From: Cenococcum geophilum
Lineage: Eukaryota
Length of the DNA stretch: 64,000 bases
Reading direction: 5' to 3'
Assembly (NCBI GenBank): GCA_050273025.1
Contig: CP158636.1
Coordinates: 12,028,001-12,092,000, forward strand
Below, piece after piece: positions 45,973-60,203 of the stretch; the stretch's first letter is position 1, and every line of letters starts with the position of its first letter. Below the pieces are notes generated by a model. It saw nothing but the letters and a program-made list of their open reading frames with translations. It did not search any database and was not told the DNA's origin. A program made the position numbers and the translations under genes.

Positions 45973-48900
45973 GAGCCGCAATAGCAGCGAAACCAGCCCA
46001 AAAACTACTTAATAAAGCAATCCGATATTGGAATCCCATTCCCCACACCGAGAGACCCTATAAAACCACGTCGCCCCCATCTATAGCATAGGGGACGATG
46101 GAGGGGCGCAAGCTTCCCGCTGGAGCCACGAAAATCGCAACGTAAGGGAGCTGAACTACAAACCAGGCGGGTAATAATATGGAAAGGACAGCTGCTAGCT
46201 TAACTAGTAATAGCAAAAACTAAAGGAAATACTCGGATAAATTAAAGACGATCTTATAAAAGAGAAGGAAAAAACCCCACAATACTAGATACTTATTACT
46301 GTTTAAGAAGTAATATAACGCGTTAAAACCCTCTTAACGCGTTAGATAACCTAAAAGAAGGAGATTAAGGCCTAGCTTAACTGGATTAAAGCTAGCATTA
46401 TAAAAATCTAAAAGGAAACGTGTAAAGGAGGACCTCTAGGTTTAGAAGTTCCTTTAGTATAGGGCTAGACCTAGGCAGCCGTCGCTGTGTAAGCGGCCTA
46501 TATAGTAAACGTAGTTGCGGCACTATAGAGAGCGACTATACGCGTCCGGCTTAAGGAGCCCTAGGGCTATAAACTAGGGGAGCTTCTTAAGAATATTTAG
46601 AGAATAATACTAAGCGTATACGCCGTACGTACCCTTAATAGCGGGGATATAGATATTTATATCCCCTTCTAAATAATAAAGGATTAAATCTTAAACGGAC
46701 TAGATACGCCAGGACTTAAAATACTAAGAAAAAACTACCTCTTAGAAGTACCTAGGGTCCCACTTAAGACCCTAATTAATAGCGGAAGAAATATAGATAA
46801 CTTAGAATTAACCTAATCCATTTATAAAGCTATAAAGCGCCTTATACCTAAAGTAGCTATTAGCCGGATCTAATAGCTATATAACCCTAAAGCGCAGGCA
46901 AAATGCTAGAAAAGCCCTAGTAGTACCTAAAGAGAACTTAAGAAGACTAGAGAAATACTTATAATTAGCGTCTTAACCTAAGTAATTTAGTATAAAATTA
47001 TAAAAAGCGGGATAGTTATTAAATCTTAGCTTTTTAAGACTAGGCTATTTAAGAATAGCCTAATTATAAAGTAATGCTATAGATATAATTAATAGGGATA
47101 TATATAAAGCGTATATAGAAAATAAATAAAATGTAGATAATATATAGGGCTATATAGCACCACAGATTACCCTAAAGAAAGGGTATCCTGCGTTAATTAC
47201 GGTAAAGCCTATAAAGTATAGTAAAGAAAGGAGTATAGGACTTTCTAAAGCTACTTTAAAGGTATCTAAATAAAAAGAATAGCCCTTTTAATGCAGTTAC
47301 TCTGTATATAAGAAGCTATAGAAATAATATTATACCTACCCCCAATACTAGGAAACTTTATAATTATTACTAATAAAAAAAGAGGATAAGAACTATTAGG
47401 GACCTAAGAACAACCACTTAAATAGGAATTAGGTAAACTATCTTTTATTAATAAAGTAAGTAGAGATAGATTGTAATTAAGGCTTTAGCTACGTGCTAAT
47501 AAAGCAATAATAATAACTAGCGAAAATAAAGAGGAGTAGGATATAGATATAGATAAGCCTATACCCACCCTAAATAAATAAGTATATAATTATCTAGTAT
47601 AACTGCGGAAATGTAAATTAAAGGGTGTGTCGCCCCTTCTTTAATAGCGTTATACTAGCGGATTACTAGGTCCTCGCACTTTAGGAGCTAGTATTTAATA
47701 AATATACTAAATTAATATACTGCCCTAGGGGATTTACACTTATATATAACGCCCTCCCTATAATAAAAGTCTACTTTATAATCAGCCGGAATATTAATAC
47801 CGCGCACTAAAAGCGTAAATAGTATAGTCCCTTTACTATAGCCCTCTAGGTGCGCCTAGAGAGGCTAGAGATTATAATTATTAATATTTATAACCCGCGT
47901 GAAGACGGCCCTTAGATTAGGATATAGCTAGAGGTTAAAACGGCCATTAAGGAAGCTAAGGGAGAAATTATACTTTTAGGCGACTTTAATGCCCACTACC
48001 TAAGGTAGGGCGGAAAGTATATAGCTAGCGAAGAATAGGCGGAATGCCTACTAGCTAAAACCGAAGCTAGAGGTCTTGTACTTGCTATACTAAAAGAAGA
48101 GCCTATATAGAAAAGAGGGTAATAGGAGAGTATAATTAACCTTATATTTATATCTCTAAATTTATATAAAAGAGTTAACTTTTATGGTATAGTTAAGGAA
48201 TAGGCCCTTATAAGAGACTATATACCTATCCGCATCTAAATTAACAACGTTAGCTATTTGCTAGCGGAACGCTAGCGCCTTATTATTAAAAAACTAGACT
48301 TATAGGGCCTCCTTTAAAGCATTTAGTGTAACGGAACCTTGTAGTAAGAACTACGGTGGGTCCTATTATTGGGCTAGGTGTGTAGGAAATGCAAGTATAA
48401 AAGTCAACAATGTAATAATAACTAGTGGAGTGGTTGCCTAACAGATTAACTCTAATTGTATTCTAAGAATTACTATAAGGAAGGAACTATCTAGGTAGGG
48501 ACTAAAGGTCCTTAAATATACAACCATACTTCTATAAAATCCTTCTTATACATAATATACATATACTCTATTTACTTTATTACGGATTATATAGATCCTA
48601 TAGATCCTATAGATTATATTACGTGACCTTAGTTACTATTCCTCGTTATATAGTTCTATTAGCTCCATTCTAAACCATGCTTAAATTAACTAACTAGCTT
48701 CTTCCGTCTCTTCTCTAAGTAGTCGTAATATTATACTTAAAGCGTCCGTAATACTATCTCCCTTCTCTTTATCTTCGTCCTTAAAGATACCTAATATCTC
48801 TAAGTTGTTTACTAGAGGTATAATATCTATCTAATTAATTTAGTTAATATTATTACTTATTATACCTAAAGCAATTTCTTCTTCCTTAACTGCTTGTTAT

Positions 48901-51900
48901 GCTCGCACTATCGCTATAATATTATCTCTTAGTGAGATTATGCCATCTCCGTGTTCTTACTATTTGAAAGAGGGGTTAGTCTATATTGCATTAGCAAGTC
49001 CATCTTCGCAATAACTATCCTTTTACTTAGAGTGCACTAAAGCAAATATTTATTTATCTTATAACGTTTGCTCTATCTCTAATGCTAAATATACGCGACC
49101 TATTACTCTTAATAGTCGTCTAGTTCCCTAATTAATTTATCTTAGGGTCTTATATTTAATCTGCTGCTACGCGGCTAAATAATAAACTATCTATTACTCT
49201 TACTAAATTACGCTATTTTTAGGACGCTAAACGGGAGGCTGCCAATGCTTAGCAACGGGCCCTTAAGTCTTATCTAGTGGCGTCCGCTCAGTTAATTCGT
49301 CTTAAGAAGGTGTATAAGAAGGTATATTTTAAGGAGTGGAAACTTATAGAATAGGGGTTATAGGAACTTAGTGATAAAAAAACGGATTCTCCTCTAATAG
49401 AGAAGGAAATAGATCTAAGTAGTTTAGCAACTGCTCCTCTTAGGTCCCCCTTAGGTAACTTATTCTTTAGTAATTCTTCTTTATTAATGCTGCCTAACCT
49501 AATTTCTTCTAATACTCCTATATCTTTCTTATAGCGTTCTTTAAATTCTCTAGTAGCTTTTAAGTAGTCTTAGTATAGCCTATCTACTTAACCTTATACT
49601 ATATTTCGTTATTAATGTCCTTATAACTAACGATCTTTAAAACTTACTATTTGTCTTCCTCTTATCCTCTATATATATCTACTTTATAGACCAGTGGCTT
49701 AATATTTCCGTATACTGACTCTAGTATTGCGATATACTATATAGGGTAGATCTTTATTTTAGCTAGTAGGTTTAACTTAAACGTAACTAGTGAAATTTTC
49801 TGTGTAATTTTAAAAGGTCCTAGTCTAACGTAGTCTAACTTCTTACTTAGTTGTTAACTCTTGAAATTTTTATATAGTAGCTATACTTTATCTCCCTCCT
49901 TAAGATCTAGTCCCTTAGATCTCTTAGCATTATAATACCTTTTTATTCTCTCTTATACTTCCTTTACTGATTCTATAAGGTCTATATAAAGATTTATTAA
50001 CGTCTTTATTCTCTCTTTTACTGTGCTACTTATTTTCTTCGCTTGCCGTAATAATAACGATATTCTTAGCTCGTATCCGTAATTCGCCTTAAATGGTAAT
50101 ATGCCTATTCCTTCTTAAGGTGTTATATTATATGCAAACTATATAACTAGTAATAGCGATACCCAATTATTTTATATATAATTAATATAATGCCTTAGAT
50201 ACTGTTCTAGTGTCTAATTTAATCTTTCCGTTTAACCGTTTATCTGCGGGTAATATATAGTAGAAGTTGCTACTTAAACTCCTTACTCTGCTAAAAACAC
50301 TTCCTAAAATGCTGCTATAAATCTTAAATCTCTATCTAATATAATCTTACTTAGTGCCCTATGTCTTACGAATACTTCTTTAATATAGATTCTAGCGATA
50401 TCTTCCGCTAATATTTCTTCTATGCATACTATAAAGTATTCCTACTTTATAAGCTTATTTACTATTACTAAGATCGCGTTATAATCTTATCTAGTAATAG
50501 GATCTCTTAACTTTAGTAACTTTATAATAAAGTCCCATAATATAACTTCCTATAGTCTCTCTGGTATTTTAACAGGTTATAGCCCTCCATATAGCTTATA
50601 CCTTATTAGTTTATTTCTTTAGTAATCTAAATACTCTTTTATAACCTTCCTGGCTATCCTTTAGATTCTATTAATAATGTATTCCTCCTAAAGTCTTAAC
50701 ACTAAGCCTATAGCTTTATTATATCCTTAAGTTAATCCCTTATAGAATTCTTCTATAAATTACTCTACTATACTCTTTGGGATATATTTCGCTTCTTAAT
50801 TTTTATACATATCCATCTATAGATCTTCTAGCTATACTTCTAGAATTCTTTATACCTAAAAGCTTTCTAGTATCTTGTAAACTCTTTCTAGTTCTTTCTA
50901 AGTTGCTATAATTTTTAGGTAATTATACCTAATTAATCTATCTATATCTTTTTATAGTAAAGCCCCTAATGGCTTCTCGTCGTTTTATAGTTTAGCTTTA
51001 CGGCTTAGAGCATCTACCTACGTATTATCTGTACCCTTAGTATGCTAAATCTTAAAATAGTATTCTACAAGCATCTCTACCCATTTAACCTATCTTTGGT
51101 TAAGTTCCTTTATTATTAGGAATCCTATTAGGTTCTTATAATCCGTCTTAACTATAAATAGTTTCTCTATGCCTTATAAGAATACTCTCTATTTCTTTAG
51201 TGCTGTAACTATACCTAATAACTTCTTATTATAAATGTTATAGTTTAACTCTAGTAGTATTATCTTCCGACTATAGTATACCACTAGGTACTATCTATCT
51301 TAATATTTCTATATAAAGCACGCCCCTAATGCATAGTTTAATATATCTATCTCTATAACCGTCTTTAGACCTAGTTAATAGATCTTAAGAACTGGCTCCT
51401 AGGTGAATAACTCTTTAACTTTTTTAAAGAGTTCTCTTTATTCCTCTCCCCATGCCTATAGTTCTTCTTTCTTTATTAATCGCGTAAATGGCTTAATATT
51501 CTTTAACTATTGCGCTATAAACCTTCTATAGTAATTGCAAAACCCTAGGAATAATCTTAACTATATAACGTTCTCTAGTTCTTACCAATTTACTATAGCC
51601 TTGATCTTTTTTAGATCTATACTAAGTTGGCCTAGTTTAATAATAAATCTAATAAAATCGGTCTTCTTAGTAAAAAACTTATATTTCTTAATTACTACTA
51701 GTATCTGCTCTTCCTATAGTCTCTTTAAGACCTATTTAATATATTCCCCGTGTTATTCCTTACTTATTAAGTAGATAATAATATCATTAAGGTATACTAT
51801 AATAAATTTATCTAAGTATTCTCCTAACACATTATTAATACGCTTTTAGAACGTTGCTAATGCGTTTATAAGCCCAAATTATATAACTAATAGTTTATAT

Positions 51901-54900
51901 AGTCCTTCCTTTGACCTAAAGGCTGCCTTCTATTTATTGCCTTCCTTAATCCTAATTTAATGGTACGCCTATCTCAGATCTATCTTTGTAAAGATTTGCG
52001 CGTTACCTATCCTATCTTAAATTTTGCTAATTAAGGGTAAAAAATACCTATTCTTTTTAGTAATGCTGTTTAACTATCTATAGTTAATATACAGCCTTAG
52101 TTTGCTATTTTTCTTTAGTATAAATAGTACTGGATAACCTGCTAATGACTGCGATGGTTTAATGTATCTCTTTTATAGATTTTCCTAGATAAACTCTTTT
52201 AATACTCTACCCTCTTTTTTAGTAAGCTTGTAGATTAAAAAGAACTTTAGATTTACTTCTGGTTCCAATTCTATCTTATAGTCCTATACTATATACTCTA
52301 ACAGCTTCTTACTCTCTAGTAACCATAGTTTCCTACTATACTTATAGTATCTCTTTAGTATATAACTTAAGCCTCACTTAGTCTCTTTATATATTACTCC
52401 GACTTAGTACTATACTAACTTAGCTTATTATTACATCTTACGGCGTTAAGTATTTCTAATATTAACCTAACCTATAACCCAATTAATCTTTAGATTGTAT
52501 TCCTATAACTAAGGCATCCTTAATACTGCCTTATCCCGTCCTAATAGTAGAATATTAAAAAATATCTCAATTTGCCTTCCTTTAATAGTTATCTAAATAG
52601 GTCCTGTTTTAAGATTAATAATACCTCCTTTATAGGCTATTAGATCTCCTAAAATTATAACTAATAGGTAAAATTACTCCTTCTTCCTATGCGGTAAACC
52701 TATCCTTTTAACTGCTGCTAGCGAGATATAGTTCCTTATTACTCTACTATCTATTAGCGCCTTAAACTGCTAATCTTGCCATTTAACTTATAAATTTAGG
52801 TGCCGTCCTTGAATTCCTTTAAGGGTCTAAGGCTCTACTACTAGCTCCCTCTGGTTCTATAGGCCTCTACTTTTCCTAATTATTAGCTACTTAATCCTAC
52901 TATACTTAGCTTACTCTTTAGCTAATACCTAGTTCGCTTTTTATCTTTAATATACTATAGACACGTATTCTCTAGGTATTCCTACTACTATTATTTATCT
53001 AAGCATTCTTCCGTAAGGAATCTTCCTAGTTAAAGTATTAAGTTGCCTAACTTCTAAACTTCTACTAAATGCCAGCTATATATATACTTAGTATTCCTAT
53101 ATTATTGCTTATCTATTATCTAATACATCCTTATAGGGTATTTCCGATTCTTTTCCTTTGGATTCTTATATATCTTATATATATCGTCCACGCATATAAT
53201 CCATAATAGCGTATAGTATGCTAGGTGCTTTAGGTTAACTTATGGCTTATTTTTATCCTTAAGTTTAAACCTCTATTATACTAATCTAAACGTTATAACT
53301 TTATTTATAGGTACTAAGATACGTCTCTTACTTCTCTAGTCCTCTAATCATTCCTTTAGATCCTTTAACGTCATAATTAAGGCTCCTTTAATATAATTTA
53401 TGGCCTTCTCTATAATCGGGTAGTCCTAGATAACTTTTTTATCCAACTATATATAGAAATCTTCCTACTCATTATTATGCCTCTGCTTATACCACTTTTA
53501 GTATAGCTGCTGGAGTGTATAAGGCTTATCTATAAGGAAGTATCTTCTCATTACTGCGTTATAACAGCCCTTTATATGTCGTTCTTCGAACCTAGTTAGA
53601 ATCCCTAGATCCTCTTCGTTTTCTAGTTCGGTAAGCCACTTAGCTCTTAGTATACCTACTCTCGGCCTATTAATGATTCTTTATACTAGTGCTCTGTCCT
53701 TTATACGTCCTAATATGCTAGATTTCTTATCTAGTTTCTATTCTTGCTATACGATAATTCCTTACCTAAATTCTTCTATAGTTTCCTTTAGTTTACGCCT
53801 TACGCTTAGATCCTTAAAGTCGTCTCGCTTCTTAATCTTAGTATTAACTTTTTAATCTTTAGGCTGAACACTATATTCCCCTAGTAAGTCCTCTAGGTCT
53901 ATATATCTGTCTCCCAGTCTAGTTACTATTTATATTGTAGATTCTCTAATCTATAAAGAAGCTCCTTGCCTCTTACGTATAGGTATCCTTATTCATTCTC
54001 CGAATTCTTAGCCCCTTAGATTCTTTAATCCTAAGCTTACTTCTAACTTAAGCTTAGCTCCAGCCTTAGTCCTACTAGGCTTACTTAGTATTCTCATCTC
54101 ATTTTAAAAGTCTTAAATCTCACTTATCTCGTCTTAAGAATCTTATGCCTATAGGAACTCTTATCCCAAGCTCATTTATATATCCTTAAACTAAGCTACA
54201 GCTCTACTCCATTGGTTATTATCCATTATAGGTCCTTAAGCTTACCTCATCTTATCTTAAGAATCTTAGTCATCTCTTATCTCGTCTTAAGAATCTTAAG
54301 CCTTTAGCCTTTTGCCTTTATTAAGTGCCAAAGTAGTTTGCTATCCTACTTCTCTTATGTCTTACAAAGCAATAGACATCGTATCTAGTGGGGTCTTAAT
54401 CCCTACTAATGTTCCCTGTTCTGTAGTAGAATTATCCTCTACCTCTAGTATAACATCTTTAATAGCTACGTACTCCTAGTAAGCCGCTCTTATTACCTTA
54501 TCGTTATAAAATGTTTCGCCTACGTCAAATTTATTATCCTTAATATCCAATCTATAAACTAGTTCATTAGTTCCTCTATATCCTATAGGTACTAGCTCTT
54601 ATAGCTAATAGCTTACGCCATACTTAGCGTCTTTATAAATTTAGTATACATTATTATAACAAAACGCAAAACTTTTAATTAAATATTCTTTTATTCCTTG
54701 CAGCATATTATTATCCCTTTATACGTATATATCGTCTACCATTAGTCTAGTTCCCTTTATTATATAATATCTCTAACTATCTTTATAATCCCTCGCAAAA
54801 TAACCCTATTTCCCGCAATTTATATAAGCTCCTTCTTTAAACCATTGACTTTACTATAGAGTCTGCCTAAATATCTTCTACTGCTAAGATCCCTAGTTTA

Positions 54901-57900
54901 GCCTCTACTCCTTAGTCCTGTAATTACTAGATCCTTAACCTCTAGGTTTCTACGGTTTCTTACTCCATCTCTTATAGGCTTTTTTAGTACCACTTAGGTC
55001 CATTAGCTCTGCGCCATACTATAGTTTCTAACTTAGCTTCGGTCGTTATATACTTTACGCCTTATACAACTATAGAACTCTATCCTAGCCTCTCTTAGCC
55101 TATTCCCTTTAGTAGATCTAATTATTAACCTTAATCGCTTTATCTATTAGTTCCCTTAGGGTATCCGCATCTTCTATTAGGATAATCGCGTCCTAGACTT
55201 TAGCCTTAAGTCCTTATTTATACTATACTATAAGCGCCCTATTATTCCACTTAACTTATATTGCTAACGTCTAGAACTATATTATATACTTAATTGCTAA
55301 GGTTTATTACATAATATCTTAGAGTTTTCTTTCCGCTATAGTTACTGCCTCTAGGTCTCTAAATATTTATATAAGTCACTCTACAAATCCGTTCTAGCTT
55401 AAGAACATAAACCGTACCACTTAGTTCATAGTTATTATTCCATTTACCTAGATTTCCGTAAGGTAAGGCTTAAACTATTTAAGTGCTCTTCCTATTAAGA
55501 ATAATCCTGCGTATGCTATTTAATCTATAGGTATTGCCAGCTTAGCTCCCTTTTACGCCACTTTAAAGTGCATCTATATAAGGAATCCTTTAAGCTTTAA
55601 TCTCTCTTCTAAGTACCTTTTAATTAATAATAACTTAACCTTTACTGCGCCTATCCCGTTAATCCTATTTTCCAACGTTATATTATTTTCTATTAGCTGG
55701 TCGACTATCTCTTATAGCTGTCCGACCGTTACAGGTTGCTATAAGTTAGTGTCTGCTATATTAGTGTCGTTACCTAACCTTAATATAGTTGCCGCCGTTA
55801 ATGGCGTTATAGTGGCTGCTTTTAGTAGCATATTGTCTAACCTTTTATATTTAATACCGTAACTAGGTAGTAATTATATAACGGAACCTTATAGCAAAAA
55901 CTACGATAGGTCCTATTATTAGGCTAGGTATATAGGAAATGCAAGTATAAAAGTTAATAATGTAATAATAACTGGTAGAGTGGTTGCCTAACAGATTAAC
56001 TCTAATTGTATTCTAAGAATCACTATAAGGAAGGAACTATCTAGGTAGGAACTAAGGGTCCTTAAATACACAACCGTACTCCTATAAAATCCTTCTTATA
56101 TATAATATACGTGTGCTCTATCTGCTCTATTACGGATTATATAGATCCTACAGATTATACAGATTATATCACGTGACCTCGGTTACCATTCCTCGTCACA
56201 TAGTTCTATCGGCTCCATCCTAGACCGTGCTTAAATCAACCAACTAGCTTCTTCTATCTCTTCTCCAAGTAGTCGTAATATTGTACTTAAAGCGTCCGTA
56301 ATATCTAGGGGCTCGACTAGGCTATATCTAAAGACCCCCTTTAAGCCCTTTAGGAAGGGATTAAATAAGCACTTAAAGAATACTGCTTATAAGCATAACC
56401 TAGCCAATAAACCCGCTAAGAATAGTTACTAAATGCTATATAGCTCCACGCTAGCGCTTGCTAGGTATGGCGATAGTACTAGGACTATAACGACCCCTAG
56501 GACTTATAAAGATACCTAATACTAAGCAATTAACTCTAGAAAGAAACTAGGAGAGTTAGTTATAATAACTAGAGGCGCTTTATTTATAAACTTACTAAGG
56601 ATTAATTAAAACCCTATAATAAAGGACTTTAGATCCTATTAAAATAGAGCAGAAAAGTAAGCATAGTAAAGGCGGACCCCTATTTACTAAACCTTAGGAG
56701 GTCTATTAAGGACCCCTTAATAGACAATAATACCACAAAAGTAGATATTCTTATAGCTAAATTCTTTCCTAAGACTAAAACAGCGGACCTTAGTAATATT
56801 AAAATAGAGGTAATAATAGAACAAAGAGCACTTAATATTAGCCCTATTATCTTAATAAAAGAAATCAGCAAGCTAATTAGGAGCCTTCTAAATAGAAAAG
56901 CTTTAGGGCTAGATGGCATACTAAATAAAGTTCTTAAAGTAGTTACCCTAGTTATTATAAAAGACTTAACAGAAGTAGCTAGCTACTGCTTTGCTAATAG
57001 AACAATACTAGAAAGTCTTAAAGAATCTATAACTATAGTATTACGTAAGGAAGGAAAGAAAGACTACTCTTTCCTAGGTAGCTATAGACTAATTACCCTT
57101 AAAAATATGCTAGCAAAAGTCCTAGAAAAGCACGTAGCCAATATTATATTAGAAGTAGCGGAAGAGTATAGTCTACTCCCTTAAAACTAGATAGGAGTAA
57201 GGCGCAAGCGATCTACACTATTAGTAGTAAAACTACTTAGCTCTTACGTATAGATAGCGTGGCAAACGCGCCGTAGGTATGTGGTGTTAATGCTAAGCCT
57301 AAGCTTAACAGGAGTATTTAACAACGTGTTCTATAAAAGGCTCTTCTATATTCTAAAAAGAAAAGGCTTTTTAAAGTGGCTTATAGACTTTATATAAAGC
57401 TTCCTAATAGTACGCAAGACCTGTATTAAGTTTATAGGATATAAGAGTAATTAGATCTAGATATAGATAGGTATCCCCTAGAGGTCTCCCTTATTACTAA
57501 TTCTATTTCTCTTTTTTATATTAAAACTTTTAGAGAAATTCTAGAGTCCTAATAGCGGCACGCTGAGGTTTGGCTTTATAGATAACACAAATCTTATTAC
57601 CTAGGGGGACTTTACAGCAGAGAACTATTAATAATTAGAAGCCGCCTATAACTACTATACTATATAGGCAAACCGATACGGCGCGGCGTTTGCCCCTAAA
57701 AAGTACTAGCTTATGCACTTTATAAGGCGACGGCGCTACGCCACTACAGACCTTGCGTCTACCGTGCGTATCACCAGCTGCGAGATAGCTCCCTAGAAAA
57801 CCAGTATGTAAATCCTAGGGATTTAGGTGGACCCTAAGCTTTAGTAGAAAGAATAGATTAAGAAGGCAGTAACTAAAGGATTAGCAGCCTTTAAAGTAAT

Positions 57901-59228
57901 GTTAAGAATTACTACGTCTATATAGGGCCTATTAATGCGCCGCTCGCGCCTTCTATATACAGCCACCGTCTAACTAGCGATGCTATATAGCGCCTAAGTA
58001 TAGGGAGTACAGGACGACGGCGGAACGCTAGTAAAAAGCTTGCTTAAACCGCTATAGAAAGTCTAGAACTAATGCCTCCGTAGGGTTATAGAAGCATACT
58101 AGCAAACACTAATAGCTATAATTAAGAAGAAAGCGGCTATTCCCCTAATCCAACTCTATATTAAAACGATAGCCCTCTAAAGAGCCGCTAAGACAGCTTC
58201 TAATAGGGTAGAAAAGGAATTAGTAGAGGCACTTAAGGGTATCTAGAAAATACTAATAAAGCGCTAACAGAAAACAAGACGGCTACTAGTACTACTAGAA
58301 GTACTTAGGGACCGCGTAAAGGACCATAAAAATAAAATATAGAGGTTTTTTATACACTAGAAGGACTATATAGAGCAGGAAGCTATAATAAACCCCTATA
58401 GGTGTAGCCAGCGGAGCGCCAGTAGAGCGTAAATAGAGCGCCGCCACTGTATAGGAGGCCACTAGCACCACTAGCAGGAAATTACCCTTATCGCGAAATG
58501 GGCAGACCTAAAATGGCGCCGACAGTAGTAGGTAAAGGCTAAAAACCGCATAGAAACCACGTAGAAGACCCTATAGGGGAAACCTATAATCTTATTATAT
58601 AAAGATCTAACAAAAGCAAAGGCTATAGTACTATTTCTCCTTTATATAGAGGTAATAGGGCTTAATATATAGCTTACATCTATTAGAGTACCAAAAATTC
58701 TCCCGCGGTGTAAATATAGTTAGATAAGGTAGATAGTATACTATATACTATTCCAATGTCTATAATACTAAAGGGCGGACCTTATAGTATAATATGCCTC
58801 TAAACGCCTCTAAGACGTCTTAAATAATAAAAGAAGTGCTTAAGCGGCTGCAAAGTAGCTAATATAGTTAGGTGCTTTAGCCTAGTTTTAGGCTATAAAG
58901 GCAATAGATATAGAGGATATAAGGGGATACTAGCCCTTTTAAAGCTTAGAGGACTGGTAAAAGAATATAGGCAAAAGGATATAGGTAAAAGGATAAGGGA
59001 AAAAGGGGTAGTATAAGATTGTCCGCGAAGCGCGGTTAGTTGGCTTAATATGCAGACTCTGAGCCAGGTAGAAGGCGAGTCGCCGGCGCCCCGATATTGG
59101 AACGCCGTCGTCTCTCTAGCGCGGCCCGCGATCGGGTTTTCTCTAAGATAGAGTTTTTCCTATAGAAGGTATTAGCCTGCGTAGACCCACTAGGGGGACC
59201 GGGACGGGCGGTAAATTGAATTTATTAT
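45973..59228 (+). mobile_element. Complete LINE (Tad1-like), RIP-inactivated, interrupted by a Gypsy element
   Basis: 14-bp TSD TAATTAGGTAAGTA (45959-45972 and 59229-59242). ORF1 zinc knuckles ~47070-47220; endonuclease IIxYNCG (~47590) and GDFNAH (~47980); RT GIPQxSP (~57470) and GFxDDT-like (~57570); C-terminal Cys/His motif ~58700; (TAT)n-like tail. Confidence 0.9.
48327..56303 (-). mobile_element. Full-length Ty3/Gypsy LTR retrotransposon, RIP-inactivated
   Basis: 427-bp LTRs at 48327-48753 and 55877-56303; 5-bp TSD TTTAG/TCTAG (one C/T difference, RIP-like). Polypurine tract on the minus strand next to the left LTR; RT VYLNDI (YLDD) at ~51790 and FGLxNA.ATF at ~51860 on the minus strand. 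Confidence 0.92.
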
Positions 59229-59789
59229 TAATTAGGTAAGTAATTAAAAACAATATATATATAATGGAAGGCTATAAGAGCTAGCGCTATATAGCAGTAA
59301 TTAAAGACCCTAGGAACCCTATATATATTAGGATAACTTATAGAAATAAAGCTAAGCTCTAATATATAAAAGAAGCGGCCTAAAAGACCTTAGTACCTAG
59401 TATTTAGGTATTGCGAGACCAGCTCTACTTAGTAAAAATTAACAATGCTAATTAAATAGCAGTTCTTAACTAGGAAGGAAAGAGTTAAAATAAAGTAGTA
59501 GTGGTACTAGAAAAAGAGAATAATGTATATATAGCCTAGATAGGGTAGCTTAGTAAAAAAGACATAGAAAAAGTATATAGATTAATAGTGATATATATTA
59601 CTAAAAGTAGTAAAGTAGCATAGTTGCTACAAGACTAATACTTTTACATTATAGGGGAATTAGCCTATATTAGAGCCTATAAACCTAAAAGCGGCCAACG
59701 TAATACTACTAGTGTTAAACACTAGGGTATAAAGTATTCGTATATATAAGACCGCAAGTATATACTAGATACGCTTAAGAAGGATATTA

Positions 59790-59957
59790 TGTTGGTAGGG
59801 GGGGGGTACTTAGGCAGTCTCTTTGAGCTCAGCGACGTGTCACGTGACAGCGCGCGGGCCATTGTGTAGATATCTTCTCGGGGTTTTCGAGCCCCTAAGA
59901 TCCTTCCTTATAGAGTATTATATGTATTATTTTATCAGCCTGCTCAGTGCCCTGACA
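59790..59957. mobile_element. Solo LTR (168 bp)
   Basis: Starts TGTTGG, ends CTGACA, flanked by perfect 5-bp TSD TATTA (59785-59789, 59958-59962). More GC-rich than its surroundings. Confidence 0.85.
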
Positions 59958-60203
59958 TATTATTATAATAACTGCTAAGGATAAATCCTAAAATATATAC
60001 TATATGGAGGACCATATAAATCGTTTAGTAAAAATTATTAAGTACTTTATTCTACCCGTTATATATAAGACACTCTAGGTACTTTAACTAAATATCTAAA
60101 AGTAAAGTATAGTATAGTAGAGCCTAATAAATAATAAACAACTAAAAGACTTTAGAGTATTAGCAATATCAAAGCTATATATATAGAAAACGGATAATAT
60201 AAT

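Larger units (their letters stand above)
39138..60203 (+). mobile_element. Outer LINE (Tad1-like) 5' part, RIP-degraded; host of nested insertions (segments ~39138-39628, 45737-45972, 59229-59789, 59958-60203)
   Basis: Segments rejoin once the TSD-bounded inserts are removed. Degenerate ORF1 CCHC knuckles at ~59700-59790 and ~59990-60030 (de-RIPed QCYQCQ.LGH..CARC..EGH, C..CGG.H). Left boundary approximate. Confidence 0.6.

Noticed and set aside
40231..56919. Short ORFs listed in the AT-rich block
   Set aside because: Chance or residual frames within RIP-destroyed retroelements, not host genes.
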